Part shown: positions 12,506 to 26,552 of the stretch, piece after piece
Numbering within the stretch: the stretch's first letter is position 1
How the letters are laid out: each line of letters begins with the position of its first letter
From: Mobula hypostoma
Taxonomy: Eukaryota
Assembly: GCF_963921235.1 (NCBI RefSeq)
Contig: NC_086097.1
Span: 132,000,001 to 132,064,000 of the forward strand
Direction of reading: 5' to 3'
Length of the DNA stretch: 64,000 nucleotides
Notes under the pieces: generated by a model
Seen by the model: only the letters and a program-made list of their open reading frames with translations
Database searches by the model: none
What the model was told of the DNA's origin: nothing
Position numbers and translations under genes: made by a program

Positions 12506-12953
12506 ATCAGAATCAGTATCAGGTTTAATATCACCAGCATATGCTGTGAAATTTGTTGTTATGTGGCAACGGTTCATTACCTAATAACAAAAAACTGTGA
12601 GTTACAATAGGAAGTACGTATGTATATATTTTTTTAAGTTAAATTAAATAAGTAGTGCCAAAAAAGTAGTGAGGTAGTGTTCATGGGTTCAATGTCCATT
12701 CAGAAATCTGATGCAGAGGAGAAGAAGCTGTTCTTGAATTATTAACTGTGTGCCTTCAGGTCCTCTACCTCCTCCCTGCCGGTGGTAATGGGAACAGGGC
12801 ATGCCCTGGGTGATGGGAGTCCTTAACAAATGGATGCCAGCTGTTGGAGGCATTGCTCCTTGACACTGGGGGGGCTGGTGCCCATAACGGAACTGACTGA
12901 GTTTACAACTTTCTGTAGCTTATATCAATACTGTGCAGTACCCCCCAGCTCCA
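12506..12953 (-). mobile_element. Rex/Babar LINE 3' fragment inserted in the Gypsy 5' LTR
   Basis: (AATCAG)-type tail; body matches other Rex/Babar 3' ends; flanking near-duplication aatatctcagtaat / aatatttgagtaat. Confidence 0.75.
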
Positions 12954-13496
12954 AATATTTGAGTAATATTGTAAATATATTGTTTGATTCAACATTCTTT
13001 GTTGTTAAATGTTAAGTACGTAAATGGCGTATGTTGTTACGTTGCCATTTCATACGAGCGTGTGTCGCTTAATGTAAAACCAAAGCTAGATACGTCATCA
13101 CTTGGTTCCCTTGTTTTCCTTTTGATTACTTCTATGTCTTGGAGTTTGAAGAGGATACAATAAGCAAACCCGAGACAACTATCTATCTGCTGAAGCGCAG
13201 TGAGACATTTGAGTTAAACAAAAGCACAGCAAGAAATGGTCGAGTAACGAAAAACACGCAGCGTGTGTTCTTTGGAAGGGACAGACATGGTCAAGTTTTT
13301 AAAAAAGGCAGACAAGTTTATAGTTTCATAAACAGTTATTACTGGATGATAATCATCAACAAAATAAAAGAGCAGAGGTGGTTAGCTATATTGGAAAGAT
13401 AGATGCATTCAATTTCTCAAGAAATAACTGGATTTTGTACATGGAGTGAATTGAGCAGTATTTTAAAGCAAATTAAACAGCCATTAAGAAATGAGT

Positions 13497-14201
13497 TTAA
13501 AAACGCAAACAAGAGGAAATCTGCAGATGCTGGAATTTTAAGCAACACACACAAAAATTGCTGGCCAACGCAGCAGTCCAGGCAGTATCTCTAGGAAGAG
13601 GTACAGTCGTCGTTTTGGGCTGAGATCCTTCGTCAGGACTAACCTGATTTTAATTCCACGTCCCATTCCCATTCTGATATGTCTATCCACGGCCTCCTCT
13701 ACTGTAAAGATGAAGCCACACTCAGGTTGGAGGTACAACACCTTATATTCCATCTGGGTAGCCTCCAACCTGATGGCATGAACGTTGACTTCTCAGACTT
13801 CCGCCTATGCCCCACCTCCCCCTCGTACCCCATCCATTATTTATTTATATACACTCATTCTTTCTCTCACTCTCCTTTTTCTCCCTCTGTCCCTCTCACT
13901 ATACTTCTTGCCCGTCCTCTGGACTTCCCCCTCTCCCTTTTCTTTCTCCCTAGGCCTCCTGTCCCATGATCCTCTCATATCCCTTTTGCCAATCACCTGT
14001 CCAGCTCTTGGCTCCATCCCTCCCCCCTCCTGTCTTCTCCTATCATTTTGGATCTCCCCCTCCCCCTCCCACTTTCAAATCTCTTACTAGCTCTTCCTTC
14101 AGTTAGTCCTGACGAAGGGTCTCGGCCCGAAACGTCGACTGTACCTCTTCCTAGAGATGTTGCCTGGCCTGCTGTGTTCACCAGCAACTTTATGTGTGTT
14201 G
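13497..14201. mobile_element. Two-armed PLE insertion in Gypsy gag
   Basis: TSD attaagaaatgagt (13483-13496) / attaagatatgagt (14202-14215); gag frame resumes across it; minus arm to ~13643, plus arm from ~13647. Confidence 0.88.
14105..14140 (+). ncRNA. Minimal type I hammerhead ribozyme motif (intact core)
   Basis: AGTC-CTGACGA-A-GGGTCTCGGCCC-GAAA-CG-TC-GACT. Confidence 0.78.
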
Positions 14202-14399
14202 ATTAAGATATGAGTACCAGTTTTGCAGAGTGTATTTTGTTTTAAAGGCATACAGATAAAAAAATTGTACTAATCATTTCAAAATGTGTACTAATCTGCA
14301 TGCTGTTGATGAAAAATCTGATAATGATGAGAATGACACAGGACTACCAAACCTTGAGATTTGCAATGTGAAAACTAACAACAGACAAGCAATATGGTT

Positions 14400-15715
14400 T
14401 ACAACAGAAGTGAATGGCTAATTAATTAAAATGCAATTGGACAATGATTCAGCTGTTTCAGTCATTCCACAAAATGAATCTAAATGGCATTTCAAAGATA
14501 CTGAACTGAAGCCTGCACATATCCAGCTAGAAATGGTAACACTTGTGGGAAACACTTTCATAACAGTGAAATACAACAACCAACAAGCCACACTGAGCTT
14601 GTGTGTCGTAATAACAGGAAGGCCAGCATTGTGGGGGCATGATTGGCTGAGACAACTACAACTTGATTGGAGATCCATCATTTTCAGGCCGCATCCCCTG
14701 CAAAAGAATTAACTGTAGCAAATTTAGTAAGGTACCAATGATGCCACAACAGTGTTCAGGGATGGCATTAGAAAACTCAAACATATCAAGGGTAAAATTG
14801 GGTTAAGTGAAAATGCCACACCAAGTTTTACTAAGCCTGTCAGGTTCCTTATACCATCCACGATAAAGTAGCCAGTGAGCTAGACTGTATGGAGGCTGAG
14901 GGAGTTCTTTCCAAGGTTGAGTGGAGCCCAAGGACAATGCCAGTGGTCGCAGTAGCCAAGAAGTATGGGTCTGTCAGAATCTGTGGTGATTTTAACGTCA
15001 CCATCAAGACAGTACTAAAAGTAGATCAATACCCTCTGCCCTGGGTAGAGGATGCCTTTGCAAACCTTTCAGAAGGAATACACTTCAGCAAAATGGACTT
15101 AGTTTAGGCCTACCTGCAGATGGAGAAGGAAGAAGGGTCCAAAGTGTTTCTTACCATAACCACTCACAAAGTGATTTATCACTGTAATAGGGTTACTTTT
15201 GGAGTAGCATCTGCACTGCACTCTAGCAGAAAACTATGGACCAGGTGCTACAAGGCTGCTCAGGCACTCAGTGTTACCTGGATGACATCATTGTTACCAG
15301 TAAGGATGACAAGGGACATCTCCAAAAGCAAGATAGTACTAAAAAAAATTAGAAGACTATGGCCTCAGAGCATGACACAACAAGTGTGATTTCTTTAAGA
15401 CATGCGTCATTTACTGCGGTCACACTTTTGATGCAATGTTGATACTTTTGGCTGAGATAATTCAAGCAGTGGTGGATGCTCCAAGGCGAAAGGACATGTC
15501 ACAGTTATGGTCCTTTTTAGGATTTGTCAATTACTGTAACAGGTTCCTGTCAAAGCTGGCAACTCTGCTCCACCCCTTGAGCTCATTTCTACAGAGAGGG
15601 AAGAAACAGCAGTGGACAAAGCATGTGAGGTGGCTTTCCAAAAGGTAATGGAAATGGTGGTGTCAGGCACTGTACTTACACATTATGATCCACATCGTCC
15701 AGTGAAGCTTGCCAT
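14400..15715 (+). pseudogene. Gypsy pol remnant (aspartic protease, RT, connection region)
   Basis: MQLDNDSAVSVI (decayed DTG motif); VAKKYGSVRICGDF..YPLP..FSKMDL; YLDD at ~15275; SFLGFVNY; many frameshifts and stops. Confidence 0.85.
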
Positions 15716-16769
15716 GCACTGTTCAGGATGCCAACATCTCCAGGAGAAAGGTGTCCAGAGCTGCCAGAACCACTTCCTGCAGTCCCAGAGTCAACTTCTA
15801 CAACCACCATGGAGGAGGCCCCAGAGCCTGAGACTGTTTCACAGCCACAAGTCTCTCCTGCCAAGCAGAGTGACCTCCTCTTATCAGGAAAGACATTATC
15901 CCACAAGGGTAATAAAGCCACCACAAGGATTAAATCTTTAGGCCTGAATGGGACAAATTGAAATTTTCTATGCTGCGAATGTCTATACAGCAGTTCTATT
16001 ATATAGTATACTGTGTATTTACAGTAATTGACATGCATTCGATATTGAAATGGAGTTTATAGCTGAACAGGAAATAGTGTTGCATATTTAATATTTGAGT
16101 AATATTGTAAATATATTGTTTGATTAAGCGTTCTTTGCTGTTGACATAATTCATCACAGTTATATGTAAAAGTACATGAATGGCATAGGTCAGTACGCCA
16201 CCATGTCTTACGTGCATGCCTCACTTAACTAGACGTGTTACCTCTCGGCTTCCTTGTTTTCATTTTGATTAGTTTTATGTTTTAGTGTTACAGGTTTTAT
16301 TTCTTCCTGAATCTTGTGTGCAAAGAATTGGAATTGGAATTGGTTTATTATTCTCAGTAGCATCAAGGTATAGTGACAATCCAATGAAATCAACATATCC
16401 AGTGGAAAGTCCAGTGAAATCCAGGTAAAACTAAAATAACAAATATTTTTATTGGCCTGGGTTTTGAGAGATCAGAAGTAACGTTACAGTGTTCTGCTGA
16501 TGTATCTGCCAGTCGCTAATTATAAACTTCCTCTCTTCATTTGTTGTCAGCCAGTAGCTAAGATGTCATTAACCTGAGTGGGAAAGAAACAAAAATATCT
16601 GATATAAGATGAGAAAGAAATGGAAATACTCCGAGGTAGGCTGTAGCTCTTGGGTCAAAACCTTATTTGTCTCAACAATCATTCACCAAAATCAGGAAAA
16701 ATTAAATGCATGAGATATTAGAGGCCTTACATAAAATAGACAGCTTTAACTAACTTGGTAGGTTGGTAC

Positions 16770-17210
16770 AAGGAAAAGCTTTGTTTTGCATGCCAGATCA
16801 TTTCATCACAGCAGTGCATTGAAATAGTTCAAGAAAACAATAACAGGATGCAGAATAAAGTGTTACAGTTACAGAGAAAGTTCAGTGCATGCAGACAATA
16901 AGGTGCAAGGGCATAACAAGGTGGATTGTGAAGTTAAAAGTCCACATTATCATACTAGAGGACTGTTCAATAGTCTTACAATAATGGGACAGAAGCTGTC
17001 CATGAGCCTGGAAGTATGTGTTTTCATGCTTTTGTATCTTCTGCCCAAAGGAAGAGGGGAGAAGAGAGAATGTCTTTCTGGGATGGGCTTTGATTATGTT
17101 GGCTGCTTTACCAAGGCAATGAAATATGTAGACAGAGTCCATGAAGTGGAATTTTGTTTTCATGATGTGCTGAGATGTGTTCACAACTCTCTGTAGTTTT
17201 TGCTGTGCAG
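16770..17210 (-). mobile_element. Rex/Babar-type LINE 3' fragment
   Basis: Minus strand CLGKAANIIKAHP...FSLLPS motif shared with other copies. Confidence 0.6.
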
Positions 17211-18749
17211 AGGTTGTCCAGCCTGCTCAGTGCTCCCACGTTACTCTATTTTCGATATCCAACACCTGCAATGTTCTGTGTTTTAATTTTTATCTAATAG
17301 TTTAAATGCTTTAGTGAGCACAAGTTGAACATTGGCACATCTATAAAAGATTAAGACAAACGCAGAAACATTTTTTAAAAATCACTATTTTGAAACCCAC
17401 TGAATTTTAATAATCTTTATGACCAAAAGAAGTTTGTTGGCCATTAGTTAAACAACTAAAACTGATTTATACCTAAACACTTTCAGAGTGCTTTGCAGTG
17501 TTGATAAAGAGCAAAATCTCACTATCTATTCAATTACAGAATATGGTCTCTCTGATCCTCCACACCTAGAGATCATAGTTTGGGCTATAATCAGTTTGGG
17601 CTTTGCCTTATTGACTCTTCCCTTGAACTGTGAGCCATACACTTCCCTAGGGTAAGTGCAACTGTCCCCATCATTATCACCTTCCAGCCTTTCAGATGAG
17701 ATAGTAATACAGTAGTGAGAATTTTGGAATGACAAGGTAAAGATTTACAGGACAGCCCTGGGTAGGTGTAATAGAAAGCAATCCCGGAGGATTTCAGTGA
17801 CAGAGTAGCCATAGAACCCATGATAGTTACGTCCCTCAGGGCAATACAGGATTTGCTGCAAGAACCCTGCCTTACAAATTGGAATACGGACAAAGTTGCC
17901 ATAGTACCCAGGTCTCCAATCAATGGTGTCTAGGGCAAGGCTGGCACTTACTACACTTGAACTGAGAAATTTGCTGGACATTTCAGTCAGTTCTTTTGCT
18001 GAGGGCCCCAAGTCACAATTACACTAGATTCACTAAATATTGCAGATTAACTAATTTGGTTTAATGACAATTTGGTCAAGATAATCGACTTCTTAAGTCT
18101 AGATATATCATATCAACTTATTTTAAAATTCACAGCCATTGTGGTGGGAATTGATCCTGTGCCTCATCCAACAAGATCTTTGAATTACTTATCCAGTGTG
18201 TTGCTGATCTCAGAGATCATTGAATTTTTCCCTACACAACCAGACTGAAGAGGTTTGCTTTTGAGTTTATCTCTGCCTAATTCAAAAAAAAAGCCTCTTT
18301 TTTTGCTTCTCCTTCATTTGACAAAGTCTTACTATTTAATAGCAAGCACAGTCTAAATACCCATTTACATCCAGTTCCTAAGGCTAGGATTGGAACTGTG
18401 GGGAAGGTTTGGTTGGAATAAGCTGTATCATGTGGTCTTGGAAAAGGCATTCCATAATAGTGCCATTTGGTTCATTGTGCCAACTTGCTTTGTGAAAGGG
18501 ATTGCCATCTGCACTACATGTCAGTAGACTATGGCAATGTGCCACTTGCTGCAGAAGCAGAAGAACAGGCAATGCCAGCTTGGCCACTAAATAACGTTCT
18601 GGCAGCTTGTGCTTTGTGCCATCTGTGGGAAGTGCAAGGAACATAGAAAATCTGGAGAGATATTGCAACCTGCTAGAAGATGTTCCACCTGTTTATTCAA
18701 CTCTAACTGTGGTAGACATGCTACATTTCATATTTCCTTATCAAAAATG

Positions 18750-19793
18750 AGGCTGATACTCACAGGAGTTTAGAAGAAAAAGAGAGGGATCTAATTGAAA
18801 CCTATGGAATGTTGAAAGATTTAGATAGAATGGACATGGAGAGCATGTTTCATATAGTGCTGGAGTCTAGAACCAAAGGGCTCAGCCTTAGAATAGAAAG
18901 ACATCCCTTTAGAATAGATATGAGGAAGAATTTCTTTAGCTAGTTGGTGGTGCGTCTGTGGAATTCATTGCCAAATACACCTGAGGAGGTCAAGTCATTG
19001 GGTATATTTAAAGCGGAAGTTGGTATAAGGAGGAGGAGGAGATGATGGCGCGACGGCAGCACGTGCGGCCACTTCAGTGGTGATGTCTGTTATCTGTCAA
19101 GTAGGGGACTGTGCACAATTCTGATTTGATGGAGACGGACATAAGCGTACGGAGGAACAGCTGGAAAACTTCTGAAATGCCCGCTTCGCTGCAGCTGCTA
19201 CTGTGTGCTAACCAGAATCTCCGGAGCAGAAGGCCCCGAAATCCTCAGCTTTACTTGTTTCAGCGGCTGGGGCGAGGTCGAAGGGGCTCGGCAGAGGATG
19301 GCGCTCGGGAGGCCGTATTGGAGAGCCTGGTCGGAAGCTCAAAGTTTTCGGACGGATGGACTCGGTGTCAGCTGTGGTCGGCTGATTCCAAGGCATCAGC
19401 AAGTTGACAGTGCCTGGAGGTTTATGGCAGGGAGTTTCTTCCTTTGCTGCCTGCTATCGGGTCCTTGGGAGTCGATCAACTCGGGGACTTTTGAGACTTT
19501 ATTTACCGTGCCCATGGTTTGTTCTTCATCAAATTATGGTATTGCTTTGCACTGCTGTAACTATATGTTATAATTATGTGGTTCTGTCAATGTTAGTCTT
19601 TGGTTTGTCCTGTTTTCTATAATATCACTCTGGAGAAACATTGTATCATTTCATAATGCATGTATGCATTTCTAAATGACAATAAAAGAGGACTGAGTGT
19701 TCTCATAATCTAATCTAATCTTGATTAATAAAGGCATCAACGATTATGGGAAGAAGGCAGGAAAATGGGATTGAGAGGGATAATAAATCAGCC
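18750..19793 (+). mobile_element. CR1 LINE 3' fragment, interrupted at 19028-19721
   Basis: EFRRKREDLIETY..GLSLRIE..NFFS..LWNSLP..GIFKAEV, resuming as LINKGINDYGKKAGKW after the insert. Confidence 0.8.
19028..19721 (+). mobile_element. Non-coding non-autonomous retroposon with (TAATC)n tail
   Basis: CpG-rich 5' part starting GATGGCG, no recognisable ORF, AATAAA then a (TAATC)3 tail; interrupts a CR1. Confidence 0.65.
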
Positions 19794-19872
19794 CCTATCT
19801 CTTATGGCCATTCAGTTCAATGAGCCTGTGTCAGCTCTCAGAGCAATCTCATCAGTCCCATTCTCCCTACAG

Positions 19873-20495
19873 TCTGTCCGCCAGAGAAAGCAGGATCTCC
19901 CAGTGGCCACACATTTTAATTCCACATCCCACTCCCATTCTGACATGTCTATCCACGGCCTCCTCTACTGTAAAGATGAAGCCATATTCAGGTTGGAGGA
20001 ACAACACCTTATATTCCATCTGGGTAGCCTCCAACCTGATGGCATGAACATTGACTTCTCTAACTTCCGCTAATGTCCCACCTCCCCCTCGTACCCCATC
20101 GTTATTTATTTTTATACACACATTCTTTCTCTCAATCTCCTTTTTCTCCCTCTGTCCCTCTGACTATACCCCTTGCCCATCCTCTGGTTCCCCCCCCCCG
20201 TCTTTCTCCTCAGACCTCCTGTCCTATGATCCTCTCATATCCCCTTTGCCAATCACCTGTCCAGCTCTTGGCTCCATCCCTCCCCCTCCTGTCTTCTCCT
20301 ATCATTTCGGATCTCCCCCTCCCTCTCCCACTTTCAAATCTCTTACGAACTCTTCCTTCAGTTAGTCCTGACGAAGAGTCTCGGCCTGAAACTTCGACTG
20401 TACCTCTTCCTAGAGATGCTGCCTGGCCTGCTGCGTTCACCAGCAACTTTGATGTATGTTGCTTGAATTTCCAGCATCTGCAGAATTCCTGTTGT
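19873..20495 (+). mobile_element. Single-arm 5'-truncated PLE
   Basis: SVRQRKQDLPVATHFN...MNIDFSNFR*, 3' UTR, degenerate hammerhead at 20364-20399, long tail. Confidence 0.9.
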
Positions 20496-20823
20496 TTAAT
20501 TACGATTTGTGTTTCTTTTTCTCTCTCTCTCTGCGCATTGGGTGATTGTTAATCTTTTTTAATGGGTTCTTTTGAGTTTCTTGGCTGTGGTTGCCTGTAA
20601 AGAGACAAATCTCAAGGTTGCATAAATTATATATATTTTGATAATAAATGTACTTTGAAATTTGAACTTCTGAACTTTGTCATTTATTTGACAACCAACT
20701 CCTTCCTAATTCTCTTACCACATTATCAGATAGGGGCAACTTACAGCACCTAGTTAACCTAACATCTAGCAAGCCCAAGGGGCATGAGAGGAAACCACAG
20801 GAAACCACCAAAGTTAAAATTAA

Positions 20824-20932
20824 GGCAACACGCACAAAATGCTGGAGGAACTCAGCAGGCCTGACGGCATCTATAGAAAAATACAGTTGACGTTTCGGGC
20901 TGAGACCTTTTGGCAGGACTCTCTTGTTTGTG
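20824..20932. mobile_element. Short older PLE insertion (minus arm plus tiny plus-strand tail)
   Basis: Imperfect 14-bp TSD aaagttaaaattaa (20810-20823) / aaagttaatattca (20933-20946). Confidence 0.6.
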
Positions 20933-23900
20933 AAAGTTAATATTCATATGTGAAAACTCCGCACAGACAGTACTTCAGATCAAGATTAAGTCTGAATTAT
21001 TAAAGGTGTACATCAACACAGCCAGCTGCTTTACTGTGTCACCCACCTGATAAGTATAAATCTTATTTTTAGATACGGTGTTTTGCTTCTGACTTTCTGG
21101 AAAGAATGGATGATTTATATGTTCATATTATTTACAGATTTAACCTTTCCATTGATTTTCTAGTCTTTTTTGATCTTTTCAAAGGAACTCATTTCTTTGG
21201 CAATCTAACCACTTCTTGACTTGGAGAAAGTGTTATTTCTTGATTTAGTACTGTAGCAATTTGTCATTTCTTCAATAATCTCCACTGGATCGATTTCTGA
21301 AATCCACTCATGATCACACAGCTCTTGTGTATCTCTTGTGGAAATTAGATGACTTACTTGAACACTCCTGATATTAATATCATTGTACCACATAGTTCCA
21401 CTAGCTAAACATTGGGTCAATGCTGGAACTCTATCAAAAATAAAATTGTTTCCCTCTGTGGGAAATTTTGTTTCAGTCTGCACATCTTCCTCTCTCCTCA
21501 AGATTTGGGTGAACTGATCTCATTGTGAACTGGGTCTTCTACACTTTAATAACTGTACAGAGGTGTTGCCTGCTGTGGAATGGGATATCATTCAATGATA
21601 GGATGCCATTCAAAGTCTAATGTTAAAGTTAAGCATCCTTGCCACACTCATTCCTTCAGCACTTCTCTGACAAGTGATCTCTCAGCTGCTCCATCCAATA
21701 CAGTGGAGTAAGCACATGCTTAATACTATTTTGTTTCATAAAGTGCTCAAATAGAAATGAACACAACTGGGGGATTAACGACAAAAGAAATAAAAAAAAG
21801 GATTAAGAAATTGTTGAAAAGCACTTACCTTAACTTCACCATGGCCTTTCAATAATCTCAAGTATACTTTATTACCCAGCAGCACCAATGTCTATATTAA
21901 AAGGATCTTCTTTTGTCCCCACTCGGTAGAATGGATAATGCAGAGAGGAGGAATTCATTTCTGTGTTAAGATTTAAATGAAGTGATGTCTGTTAGGGTTT
22001 ATGACCTTGTTCTGTGAAGGACATGATCATGTAGACTCTCCAACCCCTGACACTCCCAATAACTGCGGAGAACTAAACTCCTGCTTTTAAGTTCTGCAAC
22101 AAGACTTGTACTGGGCTGGCAAGGCCTGCATTTATTGTGAAGACAGGAAACCCAGGGAAACAGGTTTCATAGATGCTCTGTGGGAGTAATCTGCAAAGCT
22201 ATATGGAATAAGATGCATAGTATTCTGGTGACGTACAGGTACAAGTATATTCAGGTATATGTACAATTGAAATGCTTGCAGCAGCATCACAGACATGCAG
22301 GTACAGACAACACACAGAATATAAAGTATACATAAATTATCCAATCAGTCCTAGTGCAGGGCCTCGGCCCAGAATGTCAAACGTTTATTCATCTTCATAA
22401 TGCTCCCTGACTTGCTGAGTTCCTCCAGCATTTCGTGCATGTTGCTCAGGATTTCCAGCATCTGCAGAATCTCATATGTTCATAAATTAAATGAGACAAT
22501 GAAGAAAGATGGAGAACAGAAATACTGAAAATCTTAGTGCTATAAAAAGACAGAGTCAAACATAAATCCATGGTAGTGCAAGAGGTGGTCCATTGTATTC
22601 CTTTGCTGTGGTAGGGATAGGGTTGTGCGGATTAATTCAAGCATCTGATGGTTGGAGAAGTTAGACACTGAACATGCTACCAAGGGAGCAGGTTGAAGCA
22701 GATACCACAGCAAATTTTAAGAACCATTTAGATAGGCATGTGATAGAAGTATGGGGACCATGTGCAGGCAGATGGGATTAGTTAGATTGGCATCATCGTT
22801 GGCACAAATATAGTGGGCTGAAGATCCTGTTTCTGTGTTCTGCTGTTCAATGTTCTACTTTTTAAAATTAATTTTTTAATGCATTTCTATAGTGAAACTA
22901 CAAAGAGGAACCCAACTACAAAATGGAGATTTATACAGTGCAAAACAAACAAATCCAATGTTGTACTTTCTATTTTCTAAGCATGCTTTAAGCTACAGTG
23001 GAAGAAACGAGAGAGCAGAGGGTACTAATCAAAAGTTCAGTGATAGGGAGTAGTTCAGGAGAGAGTGATTGACACCAGCAGCATTGATACTAACAGAAAG
23101 AGGAAGGTAAAAACCTGGTGAATCATTGAAGGTCTGGATAGAAGAGGTGTAATTTGAATCAAATCTGAAAAGTACCAGAGAGATAAAGAAATAAGCACTG
23201 ATCATGTGAGATACCAAGCTGGACTCTTTGATGATGTGCAAGTATTGCATTCCTTGTTGAGTCTAGAAGACCCTGACACTAGAAGATGAGATACTGTTGC
23301 TCAAGTTCACATTAAGAGCGTCTAGCTGAGAAAAGAGAGGTCTGAGTGAGAGGAGGAATTAATAAGGTCATACACAAAATGCTGGAGGAACACTGCAGAC
23401 AGTGTCTGTGGAAATGAATGAACAGTCGACGTTTGGGCCAGCATCTGCTCAATCTCTTGTGATTATCATATCATGGTTTGCGGATGGCTATTACGCATAA
23501 ATAGGCTTGAATGTTTCAGACTTTTACAGTCAGAATATCCATTGCTGGGAAAACATATTGGAACCTTTTAGCAGGGTAATTACAATTAATTGTTATAATT
23601 TACTTCAGTAAACTATTAACATATAAAAGGGAATATAAAGCCCAAGCTAGCCTTAATCACTGATAGGTAGGCACACAAAGTTTATTTTATAAATCTAGAT
23701 TGGACGGAAAAAAACATTTAAGTATGATTGAAGCTTGTGAGTTTTCACCTTTTTCTAACAATGAAGATGAGGATGTTTTTTATAGATTATTTTGTGACAG
23801 CAAGAGCTCATACAACAACAGTTTAGTTTTACTTTCCTGCTTTTAGATTATTTTCTCAAGTGCAGATAAGAGGCGGTAAAATAATTGGAATGGAACTATC

Positions 23901-24278
23901 ACAAGGTTCACTTCCAGAGAAAACCTTAAGGTCAGACACCTGAGGGAGTAAATAGATGTTGTTAGTACTATGAAAATTAACTCTAAAAGTACTCTGCTCC
24001 ATTTGTTCTTGCCATGTTTTATTTATTTCGCATGATTAAGAGTGAATGTGGAAAATCGAAGCTTGCGTTAAATTAACTTCAGCTCTGGTTGAAAAGCCAG
24101 ACTTTCACTTCTGCCTCCATTCAGAAGAACTTTGGATCATAAATAATTCATAGAGTTATAGAGTAATACAGCATGGAAACAGGCCCTTCGGCCCATCCTG
24201 TCTATGCTGACCAACGTTCCCATTTGTTTGAAGTGTCATTGGGTGTGACATGTGAATTTCAACTAACTACAGTTGGAA

Positions 24279-25790
24279 GAATCAGAATCAGGATTCTGAA
24301 TCAGAACCAGAATCAGAATGAGGTTTAATATCACTGGCATATGTCATGAAATTTGTTACTTTCACAGCAGCATTTCAATGAAATACATGATAAATAAATA
24401 TAGACAAAAAGCTGAATTATATTAACTTGTGGGATTGAGTTTAAGAGCCGAGAGGTAATGTTGCAGCTATATAGGACCCTGGTCGGACTCCACTTGGAGT
24501 ACTGTGCTCAGTTCTGGTCGCCTCACTACAGGAAGGATGTGGAAACCATAGAAAGGGTCAGAGGAGATTTAAAAGGATGTTGCCTGGATTGGGGAGCATG
24601 CCTTATGAATAGGTTGAATGAACTTGGCCTTTTCTCCTTGGAGTGACGGAGGATGAGAGGTGACCTGATAGAGATGTTCAAGATAATGAGAAGCATTGAT
24701 CGTGCGGATAGGCAGAGGCATTTCCCCAGGGCTGAAATGGCTAGCATGGAAGGGCACAGTTTTAAGGTGCTTGAAAGCAGGTACGGAAGAGGTGTCAGGG
24801 GTAAATTTTTTACGCAGAAAGTGGTGAGTGCGTGGAATGGGCTGCTGGCAACGGTGGTGGAGGCGGATACAATCGGGTCTTTTAAGAGACTCCTGGATAG
24901 CTACATGGAGCTTAGAAAAATTGAGGGCTGTGGGTAAAGCCTAGGTAGTTCTAAGGTAGGGACATGTTCGGCACAGCTTTGTGGACTGAAGGGCCTGTAT
25001 AGTGCTGTAAGTTTTCTATGTTTCTATGTTTTCTATATTTCTAACTATATATATGTCTATTAAATTGTTAAGTTAAAATAAGTTGTGCAAAAAAACAGAA
25101 ATAAAAAAGTAGTGGGATACTGCTCACAGGTTCAATGTCTATTTCGAAATCAGGTGGCAGAGGGGAAGAAGCTGTTTCTGAATCACTGAGTGTGTGTCTT
25201 CAGGCATCTGTACCTCCTTCCTGATGGTAACACCATGAAGAGGCCAAGTCCTGGGTGGTGGTGTCCTTAATATTAATACCGCCTTCGTAAGGCACTGTTC
25301 CTTGAAGATGTCTTGGATACTACGGAGGTTAGTACCCATGATGGAGCTGACTAATTTTACAAGTTTCTGCAACTTACTTCAATCTTGTGCAGTAGCACCC
25401 CGACACCAAATGGTGATGCAGCTGGTCAGCATGCTCTCCACAGCACTTACGTAGAATTTTCTGAGTGTTTTACATGACAAACCATATCTCCTCAAACTCC
25501 TAATGAAATATTGCCTTCGTTATAGCTGCATCGATATGTTGCATCCAGGTTAGGTCCTCAGAGATATTGACACCCAGGGACTTCAAATTGCTCACTCTCT
25601 CCACTTTTGATCCCTCTGCGAGGATTGGTTGGTGTTCCCTTGTCCTACCCTTTCTGAAGTTCACAAACAGCTCTTTGGTCTTGCTGGCATTGAGTGCGAG
25701 GTTGTTGCTGTGACACCAGTCAACCAACTGGTATATTTCACTGCTGTATGCCCTTTCGTCACCATCTGAAATTCTACCTACAATGGTTCT
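24279..25790 (-). mobile_element. Rex/Babar LINE 3' part, interrupted by CR1
   Basis: (AATCAG)n tail; VDWCHSNNLALNASKTKELFVNFRK..LGVNISEDLTW. Confidence 0.85.
24428..25043 (+). mobile_element. CR1 LINE 3' fragment
   Basis: LQLYRTLVGLHLEYCAQFWSPHYRKD..MRGDLIEMFKI..FFTQKVVSAWNGL; (TTTCTATG)n tail. Confidence 0.9.
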
Positions 25791-26039
25791 CCATTACGGC
25801 TTGGGGAAATAAATTTAGGTTCCAATATTCATTTAAATCAGTAAGTCAGCTTGGTTGCAATGATATTAAATAGGTGTCTGAGTTTTGGACCCTATCTCCC
25901 TAAAGACTAAAGGATTCCACATGAGGAATTATGTTATATTTCTGTAACGCTCAGGTCATTGCACTGACCCCTGCTGGCTTAAGAACTGAATCAAGACATT
26001 GAGTATAGAAATTGGGATGTCTTACAGAAGAATCATCTT

Positions 26040-26552
26040 TGCATATGTCCTCTAAACTTTTCCTATTCATGTACCTATCCAAATTCCTCTTAAATTCTGT
26101 TAATGTACCCATTTCAACCACTTTGTCTGTCTAGCACCTCATTTCACATGCCAACCATCCTCTGGGTGAAAATGTTCCCCTTCACGTACCCATTAAATCT
26201 TTCCTCTCCATTCTTCTAAATCTATGACCTTTACTTCATGATTTGTTGACTTCATGCATGCATTCATCCTATCTATACCCCTCATGTTTTATATACCTCT
26301 GTAAGATCACCCCTCAATCTCCTACTCTCTAGTGAATAAGGCCTCAAACTTCTCAACCTCTCTTCATAACTATGTCTCCCAAGTCCCAGAAACATCCTTG
26401 TACATCTCTGAAATCTTTCCAGCTTACTGGCATCTTAATGGCAGCTTAATAGTAGGGTAACCAAAACTGAACATAATATTTCAAATGTATCCTCACCAGC
26501 TTGTTATGTATCTGTAATATAACATCCCAACTTCTATACTTAATGCCCTGAT
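26040..26552 (-). mobile_element. Old CR1 LINE fragment
   Basis: Degenerate reverse complement of the CR1 RT C-terminus. Confidence 0.6.

Larger units (their letters stand above)
12480..16292 (+). mobile_element. Decayed Gypsy/Ty3 LTR retrotransposon (integrase deleted), with nested LINE and PLE insertions
   Basis: Related LTRs at 12480-~13150 (split by a LINE) and 16078-16292 (TG...CA, preceded by a purine-rich tract); gag-like EQYFKAN..VPVL; protease, RT and connection remnants. Confidence 0.85.

Noticed and set aside
21824..21965. Possible minus-strand exon (AAG|GTAAGT donor, ACAG acceptor)
   Set aside because: Stops in all three frames; a non-coding exon cannot be supported without RNA data
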